DNA from: a virus
DNA length: 64,000 nt
Direction: 5' to 3' (one strand)
IMG/VR virus record: IMGVR_UViG_3300047564_002270
Location: 32,001 to 96,000 of that record
Part shown: positions 6,852-14,565 of the stretch, one piece after another
Layout: the number at the start of each line of letters is the position of its first letter
Numbering within the stretch: position 1 is the stretch's first letter
Made by a program: the position numbers and the translations under genes
Notes under the pieces: model-generated
The model's database searches: none
What the model was told of the DNA's origin: nothing
Seen by the model: only the letters and a program-made list of their open reading frames with translations

Positions 6852-7121
6852 ATGTTCACCCCCTACTATCCCTATAATAGGAATTATTATCAACCTTATA
6901 TGCCATATAGGCCCTATAGTCCTTATAATGGTTATTATCCAATATCTTCTTATAACTACATGAGAAATCAAATAGCTCAGAACTATCAGAGCATTTATAA
7001 CAGTGGATATATGACTGATGTCATTCAAAGTTCTGATATTAATCAAGTTGGTGCTGGATGTACAGTACCAATTCCTGGAGAACCTCCAGTTCCCCCGATA
7101 GAACCAATTCCAGTTATTTGA
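6852..7121 (+). CDS. Tyr/Pro/Asn-rich small protein
   Basis: GGAGG RBS before ATG 6852; YYPYNRNYYQPYMPYRPY N-terminus, Pro-rich tail. Confidence 0.75.
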   Translation: MFTPYYPYNRNYYQPYMPYRPYSPYNGYYPISSYNYMRNQIAQNYQSIYNSGYMTDVIQSSDINQVGAGCTVPIPGEPPVPPIEPIPVI

Positions 7122-7134
7122 AAGGTGATCTATT

Positions 7135-7557
7135 ATGGGATTTGGTATAACGAATAAACAAATTGCAGTTCTTGAATCTAGATTTCAATTTTATGAAAAT
7201 CTATCAAAAGAAATGTTGTACAAGTTAGAAAAAGCAGTAGATAGGATTACCGAGAGTAATCATACTGTTGCTATTATTCTTGAACGGCATGAAAATAGAT
7301 TAGACAGTACCGCACAATCAACTGAGTTAATTATCAAAATGATTGATGAGGTGCGTAAATCTGTTGATAAAAAAATAAATTTAGTTGAAAAAAAGATTGA
7401 AGATGTTTCTAGAATAAAATGGATGATTGTTGGTGTTGGAATGGCATCGGCAATTCTAGCAACTTCAATTTCTACTTTGGCATCTGGATGGTGGACTCCA
7501 GGTGAATTGGGATACAAAATGCAACACAAGTACGTTCCAACAGAAAAATCAAAATAA
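7135..7557 (+). CDS. coiled-coil protein with C-terminal transmembrane helix
   Basis: Heptad-like N-terminus, hydrophobic WMIVGVGMASAILATSIS; resembles a conserved cyanophage hypothetical. Confidence 0.8.
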   Translation: MGFGITNKQIAVLESRFQFYENLSKEMLYKLEKAVDRITESNHTVAIILERHENRLDSTAQSTELIIKMIDEVRKSVDKKINLVEKKIEDVSRIKWMIVGVGMASAILATSISTLASGWWTPGELGYKMQHKYVPTEKSK

Positions 7558-7603
7558 CGTAGCACCATCAGTTGCTTGATATAAATAATAACAAAAAAGT
7601 ATA

Positions 7604-8038
7604 ATGGAAACACTGTACAAACTATTGAGTGATGCTCAGTCATCACTCTTTGTTCTTTTTCATAAGACCTGGGTATTTCATTGGAATGTAGTTGGCAAAG
7701 ATTTCACACAACTACATCAACTGTTTGGTGGTCAATACGAAGCAATGTTTAGTGAGATTGATAGACTTTCAGAACATATGAGATACTTGAATGTTAAACC
7801 TTTGAGTTCTCTTTCAAGAATGCTTGAAGTAACTCAAATTCAAGAAGCAGCAAGTTCTACAACAGCAGACAAAATGCTTTCAGAACTTCTGGAAAATAAT
7901 GAAAAGTTCTGTGAAATGTTAAAAGAAATTTCCGAAGAAGCAGAAGAGCAAAAGTCTTATGCCACTGCTAATCTGGTTCAAGATCTAATGGAGTCTCACG
8001 GTAAATTTATTTGGCAATTAAGAGCACACTCCCAATGA
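7604..8038 (+). CDS. dps: Dps-family ferritin-like protein
   Basis: HWNVVG..F..LH.LF..QY......ID.LSE motif; late promoter TATAAATA at 7580-7587. Confidence 0.92.
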   Translation: METLYKLLSDAQSSLFVLFHKTWVFHWNVVGKDFTQLHQLFGGQYEAMFSEIDRLSEHMRYLNVKPLSSLSRMLEVTQIQEAASSTTADKMLSELLENNEKFCEMLKEISEEAEEQKSYATANLVQDLMESHGKFIWQLRAHSQ

Positions 8039-8190
8039 AAAAAACATTTAAACAATTTAAACAAACAGCATATGCTGGTTCAAAACCTCATACTGTGTAT
8101 AACCCTACTACTGGTAAAAAGACACATATAGAGGCAGGAAAAGCAATGGCAAAACGTTCTTCATCAAGTGCTGGTGGAGACGGGCAATAA
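8035..8190 (+). CDS. 51-aa basic protein with capsid-targeting-like N-terminus
   Basis: MKKTFKQFKQT...; ATGA overlap with the dps stop. Confidence 0.6.
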   Translation: MKKTFKQFKQTAYAGSKPHTVYNPTTGKKTHIEAGKAMAKRSSSSAGGDGQ

Positions 8191-8216
8191 ATAAACACTT
8201 ATAAGATGATAAAAAA

Positions 8217-8474
8217 ATGGAAAACTTAAGAATTAGATGTCGTTCCTGTAATAAGGAATTAGAGGGGCATCCTACTAAAACTGTGACATGTGGTTGTTCA
8301 AATATGGCAACCATCCGTGGAGGAGTCATTTCAGGAGTTGACTTATCCAATGTGGTTATGCTAAACTCTATGAATACCAAAACAAAATCTGGTGTTCTCT
8401 CAAACGAGGACATTGCCTGGCAAGAGGCAAGAAGACAACGTAAAGTTCGTAGATTAGATTTTGAAGTCCGATGA
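8217..8474 (+). CDS. small Zn-ribbon protein
   Basis: CRSC...CGC motif. Confidence 0.75.
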   Translation: MENLRIRCRSCNKELEGHPTKTVTCGCSNMATIRGGVISGVDLSNVVMLNSMNTKTKSGVLSNEDIAWQEARRQRKVRRLDFEVR

Positions 8475-8504
8475 GTATAAATAATACCAGTATACTAAAC
8501 TGGT

Positions 8505-8891
8505 ATGTTTGAAAATTTACCTCCAGTAACTCAAGGGTCGTTAGGTTTATCTTATGCTATTGCCTATCTGACTAAAAAAGGTTATAATGTCTCTGTTCCT
8601 TTAGTTGATAATCAAAGTTATGATTTGGTTTGTGAAGTTGATAGTGAATTAAAAAAAGTTCAAGTTAAGACCACAAGGTTCAAACAAAATTCTAATTACT
8701 GTATTCAACTAAAATCAGTTAGAGCAAATAGAACCGAAAACAATATACATAAATTTAATAATAAAGCATCAGATTATTTACTTGCTGTTACTGAAGTGGG
8801 TGATATTTATTTTATTCCTACCTCAGATATTGTGGCAAAAAACTCATTGTCTTTAGGACCAAAATATGAGTCCTATAAAGATAAATTATAA
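8505..8891 (+). CDS. PD-(D/E)XK homing-type endonuclease (I-Ssp6803I/PDDEXK_5-like)
   Basis: GYNVSVP....SYDLV.......KVQVKT motif; TATAAATA at 8476-8483. Confidence 0.85.
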   Translation: MFENLPPVTQGSLGLSYAIAYLTKKGYNVSVPLVDNQSYDLVCEVDSELKKVQVKTTRFKQNSNYCIQLKSVRANRTENNIHKFNNKASDYLLAVTEVGDIYFIPTSDIVAKNSLSLGPKYESYKDKL

Positions 8892-8978
8892 GGAAGGTCA
8901 ATCCGATTGGCGACGGAACCGCTCTTGAAAAGCGTTGAGGTGTTAAAGCCCTTGGGAGTTCGACTCTCCCACCTTCCG
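8892..8978 (+). tRNA. tRNA-Ser(TGA)
   Basis: Cloverleaf with long variable arm, loop CT-TGA-AA. Confidence 0.92.
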
Positions 8979-9087
8979 TTTTACTTAAGATTTAACAATT
9001 TTTTGAACTATGTTACAGTATGAACACAAACTTGACTTCTGAGACATATAAGTTATTATAACTAATACAATCAATCAAAAATTTCAT

Positions 9088-9237
9088 ATGGATCAACACA
9101 CCTATGATAATTGGGTGAAGATCAAAGAAACCTTTGAAACTTCTGGTAATACAAATAATATGTTTTACAAGAGAGCAGTTGAAATTGTAAAAACCAGAAG
9201 AGATCCTTTAGCAAAATTCCTTGGCGATGAAAAATGA
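9088..9237 (+). CDS. 49-aa hypothetical protein (MDQHTYDNWVKIK...)
   Basis: Open frame, coupled to the next gene; resembles small cyanophage/cyanobacterial proteins. Confidence 0.65.
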   Translation: MDQHTYDNWVKIKETFETSGNTNNMFYKRAVEIVKTRRDPLAKFLGDEK

Positions 9238-9437
9238 TGGAACCAGGTGATGAATTTATAAGTCGTGAAGAAGTTCAGGAGATGATTGATGCTGCTATCA
9301 GAAGACACAACCGTAATGCTTCTATCATTAGTATGTGCGTCGGTTGGGTGGTTCTTTCTTTATTTGCTGAGGGACTTTTGAGATTGATAGGAGTTATTCC
9401 ACCTTTAATGCCATGGCTTAAAATCACTTTAAACTAA
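9234..9437 (+). CDS. small membrane protein
   Basis: ORF track; one to two hydrophobic helices. Confidence 0.7.
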   Translation: MMEPGDEFISREEVQEMIDAAIRRHNRNASIISMCVGWVVLSLFAEGLLRLIGVIPPLMPWLKITLN

Positions 9438-9550
9438 TGGTTCAAATTTCAGAAAAAGATTTAAAAGAATTACAACAAAGAGTCCTTCAGCAAAAAATGG
9501 ATGAACTCTTTGAAGAACCTTCAACTTACGAGGATGAAGAAGATGAGTAA
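9437..9550 (+). CDS. 37-aa acidic peptide
   Basis: MVQISEKDLKELQQ...EDEEDE; TAATG coupling. Confidence 0.55.
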   Translation: MVQISEKDLKELQQRVLQQKMDELFEEPSTYEDEEDE

Positions 9551-9632
9551 ATTAATTTATACCTCAATGACTATTTTCGGTCTTACAGGTCTTTTTATTT
9601 TCTGGAGTCTCAATCATGCATATCTTCGATAA
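9543..9632 (+). CDS. 29-aa single-TM peptide
   Basis: MSKLIYTSMTIFGLTGLFIFWSLNHAYLR. Confidence 0.5.
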   Translation: MSKLIYTSMTIFGLTGLFIFWSLNHAYLR

Positions 9633-9816
9633 ACAAAGATATGCTTTTGCAATGTCTGCTTTTGTGAGAATGCATGGGTATTCTGTTTCTCATAATCATG
9701 ATATTAGACAGTTTTGTATTGAATGGTCTGGTTGGGATGTTTATGCTCCTTTAACGGGGCTTGATGAGGTTGATCAGTATTTTTATTACGAATATAAGAA
9801 TTGGAGAGGGAGATGA
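9616..9816 (+). CDS. hypothetical protein
   Basis: ORF track, overlapping chain of small genes. Confidence 0.6.
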   Translation: MHIFDKQRYAFAMSAFVRMHGYSVSHNHDIRQFCIEWSGWDVYAPLTGLDEVDQYFYYEYKNWRGR

Positions 9817-9929
9817 TATTTTATATTGTAGAAACACTTGCAGCGAGTCCAGTTTGGTTGTTTATGTGTGGTATGGGGTTGACAGTGGTTCCTTTTATTG
9901 GTATAATGTTCATACACCGAAATAAATAA
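9813..9929 (+). CDS. 38-aa TM peptide
   Basis: MIFYIVETLAASPVWLFMCGMGLTVVPFIGIMFIHRNK; GAGGG RBS, ATGA overlap. Confidence 0.55.
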   Translation: MIFYIVETLAASPVWLFMCGMGLTVVPFIGIMFIHRNK

Positions 9930-9937
9930 ACGTGTAA

Positions 9938-10011
9938 CGGGGTGTAGCGCAGTTTGGTAGCGCATCCGCTTTGGGAGCGGGAGGTCGTAGGTTCGAATCC
10001 TATCACCCCGA
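9938..10011 (+). tRNA. tRNA-Pro(TGG), second copy
   Basis: Cloverleaf CGGGGTG/CACCCCG, loop TT-TGG-GA. Confidence 0.95.
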
Positions 10012-10048
10012 TTGTCTTATGACATTTAGACATTATTGGCTTGAATTT

Positions 10049-10624
10049 ATGAGTGAACATAAAATTGCTAAATCTGCTGGACACTATGAGGAAGTTATTC
10101 CAGATGAGTTGATGGACTTGATTGTCAAGGAAGTAGAAAGTATTGATTATGAAGTTTTTTCAGAAGCCAGTATTGGAGATTCTGGAAGTTCTATTGTGGA
10201 AACTAAAACAAGAAATTCCAAGATCACTTGGTGGTATGAAGAACATTGGGTTTGTTCTATTTTTTCTCATTACTTTAATAAGGCAAATAGAGAGTTCTGG
10301 GAATATGATTTGACTTACTTGTCAGGTATTCAGGTGACGAGTTATGATGTTGGAGAGCATTATGGGTGGCACGCAGACTACGGAAATCCAGATGATTCAA
10401 ATCATACCCGTAAATTAAGTGCCACTTTACTTGTAAATGATCCTTCTGAATATGAAGGTGGAGATCTTGAATTTATTGATTATCATGGAAGAACTCTTGT
10501 TGCCCCTAGGGTGAAAGGAACTATGATTATCTTTGATTCTAGAATTCCTCATAGAGTAACTCCTGTAACTAAAGGAAAAAGAATTTCTTTAGTTTCTTGG
10601 ATGCTTGGTCCTAAACTTCGATAA
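10049..10624 (+). CDS. 2OG-Fe(II) oxygenase (prolyl-hydroxylase/PKHD-like)
   Basis: WHAD...RKLS...YEGGDL...HRVTPVTKGKRISLVSW. Confidence 0.9.
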   Translation: MSEHKIAKSAGHYEEVIPDELMDLIVKEVESIDYEVFSEASIGDSGSSIVETKTRNSKITWWYEEHWVCSIFSHYFNKANREFWEYDLTYLSGIQVTSYDVGEHYGWHADYGNPDDSNHTRKLSATLLVNDPSEYEGGDLEFIDYHGRTLVAPRVKGTMIIFDSRIPHRVTPVTKGKRISLVSWMLGPKLR

Positions 10625-10645
10625 ATTATAAATTAAGTTGTAGAT

Positions 10646-10873
10646 ATGGAAAACATTTCACCCACGATGGAAAAATTTAACGTAGAATATTTCCAGCAAA
10701 ATTTTGACGAAATCATGGAAAGAGTTGATAATGGTGAGACCTTTATTGTTCAAAGTGAATATGGGAATGCTATGTTAGTTCCATATAAAGATGTTGTAGA
10801 TGTGTTTGAAGACTCTAGAGTTTCTGAAGAAGATTTTACAAGACTTTACAGAGACCACGAAGAAGCCCCTTGA
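10646..10873 (+). CDS. Phd/YefM-fold-like small protein
   Basis: F..NFDEIMERVDNGETFIV......AMLVPY pattern. Confidence 0.6.
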   Translation: MENISPTMEKFNVEYFQQNFDEIMERVDNGETFIVQSEYGNAMLVPYKDVVDVFEDSRVSEEDFTRLYRDHEEAP

Positions 10874-10898
10874 CAAAGCGTTTCAGATCCGCTATTAT
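10870..10898 (+). promoter_or_regulatory. sigma70-type promoter
   Basis: TTGACA-17 nt-TATTAT. Confidence 0.7.
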
Positions 10899-10912
10899 AG
10901 ATCTGAACCTAA

Positions 10913-11000
10913 GCGAGTGAGACTTGGTAGTCAGAGGAGTCTTATAAACTCTTTCCGCCAGATTAGCGGCTTTGACCTGGTTCGAATCCAGGCACTCGTA
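10913..11000 (+). tRNA. atypical tRNA, anticodon TAT (nominally Ile), long variable arm
   Basis: GCGAGTG/CACTCGT acceptor, GGAGT-CTTATAA-ACTCT arm, CCTGG-TTCGAAT-CCAGG T-arm. Confidence 0.75.
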
Positions 11001-11025
11001 TTACTCATAACTTTCATAAATAGTT

Positions 11026-11421
11026 ATGAGTTATTTAAAACTTAATATGCCCAGAAAAAGAAAAACTTCTGCCGATTGTGATATAATACGAGAGTATCAA
11101 CGCAATTGGTTAAGAGATAAACTTAAAAGCGACCCAGAATACAGGGAACGACATTACGCAAACCGACAAAATAGAGCAAAACAAAATAAAGAAAATCTCA
11201 CAAAGTTAAAAGAAAATATTTGTTGCTCTGCTTGTGGTGAATATCATCCAGCATGTTGTATGGATTATCATCATTTAGACCCAAATATAAAAGAAAAAGG
11301 TGTATCACAAATGATACAGGGAAATTCTTGGAAAAAAATTCAAGAAGAAATTTCTAAATGTATTTTAGTTTGTGCAAATTGTCATAGAAAAATTCACGAA
11401 GGACTTATTACGCTCGTTTAG
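11026..11421 (+). CDS. free-standing HNH endonuclease
   Basis: CSACG...DYHHLDP...KCILVCANCHRKIH. Confidence 0.85.
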   Translation: MSYLKLNMPRKRKTSADCDIIREYQRNWLRDKLKSDPEYRERHYANRQNRAKQNKENLTKLKENICCSACGEYHPACCMDYHHLDPNIKEKGVSQMIQGNSWKKIQEEISKCILVCANCHRKIHEGLITLV

Positions 11422-11485
11422 CCATCTGGAGAAGGCAGCGTTCTCATAAAGCGCCATCAGGAGAGTTCGATCCTCTCAACGAGCA
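11412..11485 (+). tRNA. tRNA with CAT anticodon (Met or Ile2)
   Basis: Cloverleaf, GCGTT-CTCATAA-AGCGC, A73. Confidence 0.88.
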
Positions 11486-11488
11486 TAA

Positions 11489-11540
11489 GGACACTTCCGA
11501 AAGCGTCCTACTTGACTTCTCTAAGTCAAACCCTTATAAT
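11489..11540 (+). promoter_or_regulatory. palindromic box plus sigma70 promoter
   Basis: GGACACTT-CCGA-AAGCGTCC then TTGACT-17 nt-TATAAT. Confidence 0.7.
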
Positions 11541-11562
11541 ACTAAGGTCAACATTCAAAACA

Positions 11563-11778
11563 ATGACTCTCACTTCTAAATTTAAGAAAGACGTTCAGAC
11601 CCTTCGCGGTGCTGCAAATGGCGATTTCTATCTTGACGTAAAGAATCCAAAACTCTTTAAAAAAGTTCGTCGTTTTTATGAGCAAGAAGGTGTAGTATTC
11701 TCTGGTGATCCACTTGATGACTATGAAATGCTTATGGAATATGTCCTTGCCGATCTAGAATCCGTTGAGGTTGCATGA
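11563..11778 (+). CDS. hypothetical protein
   Basis: ATG 11563 downstream of promoter; cyanophage-type hypothetical. Confidence 0.75.
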   Translation: MTLTSKFKKDVQTLRGAANGDFYLDVKNPKLFKKVRRFYEQEGVVFSGDPLDDYEMLMEYVLADLESVEVA

Positions 11779-12017
11779 CAAAAGTTCTTTTAGAACGTGA
11801 AGAATACCGATTTGTTGAAGTTGGTATTATTGAGATAAACGGTAAACCTGATTACCGTCTTCAAAAGAAAAATGAATATACAAAACGATGGAATGACATC
11901 TATCTCTTTGATAATCAAATGCAGTGTTTGACTGCTATGGAAGACCATCAATATGCCCGTTGGTTAGATCCAGATAGAGTTCCTTGTTATATTAAAGATG
12001 ATGGGGATGAAGAATAG
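11775..12017 (+). CDS. hypothetical protein
   Basis: ORF track; GAGG RBS, ATGA overlap. Confidence 0.75.
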   Translation: MTKVLLEREEYRFVEVGIIEINGKPDYRLQKKNEYTKRWNDIYLFDNQMQCLTAMEDHQYARWLDPDRVPCYIKDDGDEE

Positions 12018-12205
12018 TCTCGGAAAGACTTAAAACCTGCCCTGGTCGGGAGCAAACCCCTTAGTCACGGATGGACTATAACAGAACTGGTGGAGTCAAG
12101 TATGACCCTATTATGAGTTTCCAGTTTCTCTAAAGAACTGGTGGTGCGGATGGGGTAACCCCGCCTGGTTTCCAATTTCCAGTTAAAGAATTGGTGGCGC
12201 GTGTA
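12017..12205 (+). ncRNA. manA-like RNA motif (3' half wcaG-like)
   Basis: Repeated hairpin/pseudoknot modules with (A)ACTGGTGG / AATTGGTGG; upstream of mannose-6-P isomerase and near tRNAs, the context described for manA RNA. Family named from memory. Confidence 0.7.
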
Positions 12206-12221
12206 AAGTAGGTTTATACAT

Positions 12222-12249
12222 AAGAGGAGAATAATTCTCCTCTTTTTTT
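12222..12249 (+). terminator. intrinsic terminator between the manA-like RNA and the sugar operon
   Basis: AGAGGAGAA-TAA-TTCTCCTCT-TTTTT. Confidence 0.7.
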
Positions 12250-12264
12250 GTATTTGAAATTTGT

Positions 12265-12603
12265 ATGGAAAAGGTAAAACGTCCTTGGGGATGGTATGAA
12301 AATCTTTTAGAAGATTCTGGATATAAAGTAAAAAGACTTTACGTTAATTCGGATCAAAGTATATCTTTACAGTATCATAATTTTAGAAATGAGCACTGGG
12401 TGGTAGTTTCTGGAGATGGTATAGTAGAAATAGATGGTGTTTCTAAGAATATCTTTTCTGGCGATTATATATTTGTTCCATTAAATTCTAAACATCGTAT
12501 TATTGGTGGAAAGTGTGGTATAATTATTGTAGAAGTTCAGATGGGAGAAGTGTGTGAAGAGACTGATATTGTCAGGATTGAAGATCAATATGGTAGAATA
12601 TAA
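12265..12603 (+). CDS. cupin mannose-6-phosphate isomerase (type II C-terminal domain)
   Basis: RPWGWY...SLQYH..RNEHWVVVSG...EVQ.G....E.DIVRIED.YGR. Confidence 0.9.
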   Translation: MEKVKRPWGWYENLLEDSGYKVKRLYVNSDQSISLQYHNFRNEHWVVVSGDGIVEIDGVSKNIFSGDYIFVPLNSKHRIIGGKCGIIIVEVQMGEVCEETDIVRIEDQYGRI

Positions 12604-12620
12604 GGAATTAAATTACTGAA

Positions 12621-13631
12621 ATGACTAAAAAAATTGCTTTAATTACTGGTATAACTGGACAAGATGGATCATATCTTGCTGAACTCCTTTTAGAAAAAGG
12701 ATATGAAGTTCATGGTATTGTTCGTAGATCTTCTTTGATTAATACTGATAGGATTGATCATATCTATAATCACATTCATCTTCATTATGGTGATCTTACG
12801 GATTCCACAAATCTTGTAAGAGTTATTCAGCAGGTTCAACCTGATGAGATTTATAATCTTGGTGCTCAGAGCCATGTAAAAGTTTCTTTTGAAATTCCTG
12901 AATATACCGGACAAGTTGATGCTCTTGGAACTCTTAGAGTTCTTGAGGCAGTTCGCCTTTTAGGAATGGATGACAAAGTTCGCATTTATCAGGCATCTAC
13001 TTCGGAACTTTATGGTAAGGTTCAGGAAATTCCTCAGACGGAGACAACTCCTTTTTATCCAAGAAGTCCTTATGGGGTTGCTAAAATTTATGGTTACTGG
13101 ATCGTTAAAAATTATCGTGAGGCATATGGACTTTATGCTTGCACGGGGATTCTTTTTAATCATGAATCTCCTCGCCGGGGTGAGACATTTGTTACTCGTA
13201 AGATCACAAGAGGTCTTAAGGCAATTTCTGAGGGCAAACAAACCGTTCTTAAACTTGGCAATCTAAATGCCCTTCGTGATTGGGGTCATGCAAAAGATTA
13301 TGTTGAAGCAATGTGGTTAATGCTTCAACAGGATGAACCTGATGACTTTGTAATTGCTACTGGTAAGCAATATTCAGTTCGTGAGTTTGTTGAAAGAGCA
13401 GCACCTTACTTTGGAATGAATATTGAATGGCAGTTTACTGATCAAGGAACTGAAGTTGGAATTGATAAAAATACTGGATTAGTGCGTGTAATGGTCGATC
13501 CTAAATATTTCCGACCTGCTGAAGTTGAAACTTTGTTAGGTGATGCCACAAAGGCAAAGCAGAAACTAGGTTGGGAACCTAAGATTTCTTTTGAACAATT
13601 AGTTGAGGAAATGTGTAAAAATGAATATTGA
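12621..13631 (+). CDS. gmd: GDP-mannose 4,6-dehydratase
   Basis: [39 protein letters not shown]. Confidence 0.97.
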   Translation: MTKKIALITGITGQDGSYLAELLLEKGYEVHGIVRRSSLINTDRIDHIYNHIHLHYGDLTDSTNLVRVIQQVQPDEIYNLGAQSHVKVSFEIPEYTGQVDALGTLRVLEAVRLLGMDDKVRIYQASTSELYGKVQEIPQTETTPFYPRSPYGVAKIYGYWIVKNYREAYGLYACTGILFNHESPRRGETFVTRKITRGLKAISEGKQTVLKLGNLNALRDWGHAKDYVEAMWLMLQQDEPDDFVIATGKQYSVREFVERAAPYFGMNIEWQFTDQGTEVGIDKNTGLVRVMVDPKYFRPAEVETLLGDATKAKQKLGWEPKISFEQLVEEMCKNEY

Positions 13632-14565
13632 TTCTAAAATTTTTATTGCTGGTCATCGAGGTTTGGTTGGATCCGCGCTTACTAGAAATTTAAAGGACCT
13701 TGGACATACTAATGTTCTTGGTGTAAGTAAATCTATATTAGATTTAACAAATCAAAATCAGGTTAATGATTTCTTTGAAAACGAAAGACCCGAGTATGTT
13801 TTTCTTGCTGCCGCAAAAGTCGGCGGTATTGGATATAATAAACAATGCCCCGCAGATTTTATTAGAGAAAATCTGCAAATTCAAACCAACGTGATTGATG
13901 CTGCATATAGAAATGGTTGTAAAAAACTTCTATTTTTAGGATCTGCTTGTATATATCCTAAACATGCGCCAGTTCCAATTAAGGAAGAGTATTTGATGTC
14001 TGGTCCTCTTGAAGAGACGAATATCTCATATTCATTGGCAAAGATTTCTGGATATCTAATGTGCAAAAAATATACTGAACAGTATGGGTTTTCTACTGTT
14101 TCTGTAATGCCAAATAATCTTTATGGTATCAATGATAATTTTATCATTGAGCAATGTCATGTGATTCCAAGTTTTATTAATAAATTTATTTCTGCAAAAG
14201 AAGATAACCAAGATATTGTAACTTGCTTTGGTGATGGAAGTCCAACCAGAGAGTTTTTATTCTCTGATGACCTTGCTGATGGTCTTGTGTTTTTGATGAA
14301 CAATTACTCTGATCCAGAAATTATTAATATCGGACCTCAGAGAGAGGTTAGTATTAAAGAACTTTCTGAATTAATTTCTAAGTTAGTTGAGTATACTGGA
14401 GAAATTTATTGGGATGTCAACAAACCAAATGGAACTCCTAGGAGAGCTTTAGATACTACTAAAATGGATTCCTTAGGTTGGAAGGCAAAAACATCACTTG
14501 AAGATGGTTTAAAAATTACAATTGATTGGTTTTTACAAAATAGGAGCAATTATGTCAGGGTATAA
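13621..14565 (+). CDS. fcl: GDP-L-fucose synthase / ColC-like epimerase-reductase
   Basis: [30 protein letters not shown]...K. Confidence 0.92.
   Translation: MNIDSKIFIAGHRGLVGSALTRNLKDLGHTNVLGVSKSILDLTNQNQVNDFFENERPEYVFLAAAKVGGIGYNKQCPADFIRENLQIQTNVIDAAYRNGCKKLLFLGSACIYPKHAPVPIKEEYLMSGPLEETNISYSLAKISGYLMCKKYTEQYGFSTVSVMPNNLYGINDNFIIEQCHVIPSFINKFISAKEDNQDIVTCFGDGSPTREFLFSDDLADGLVFLMNNYSDPEIINIGPQREVSIKELSELISKLVEYTGEIYWDVNKPNGTPRRALDTTKMDSLGWKAKTSLEDGLKITIDWFLQNRSNYVRV

Noticed and set aside
9010-9026. TGTT-N8-AACA as an NtcA site
   Set aside because: Deviates from GTA-N8-TAC at key positions; chance match plausible in AT-rich DNA
9543-9632. Calling the 29-aa TM peptide petN
   Set aside because: Right size but lacks the recognisable W...F..S...VVWGR pattern
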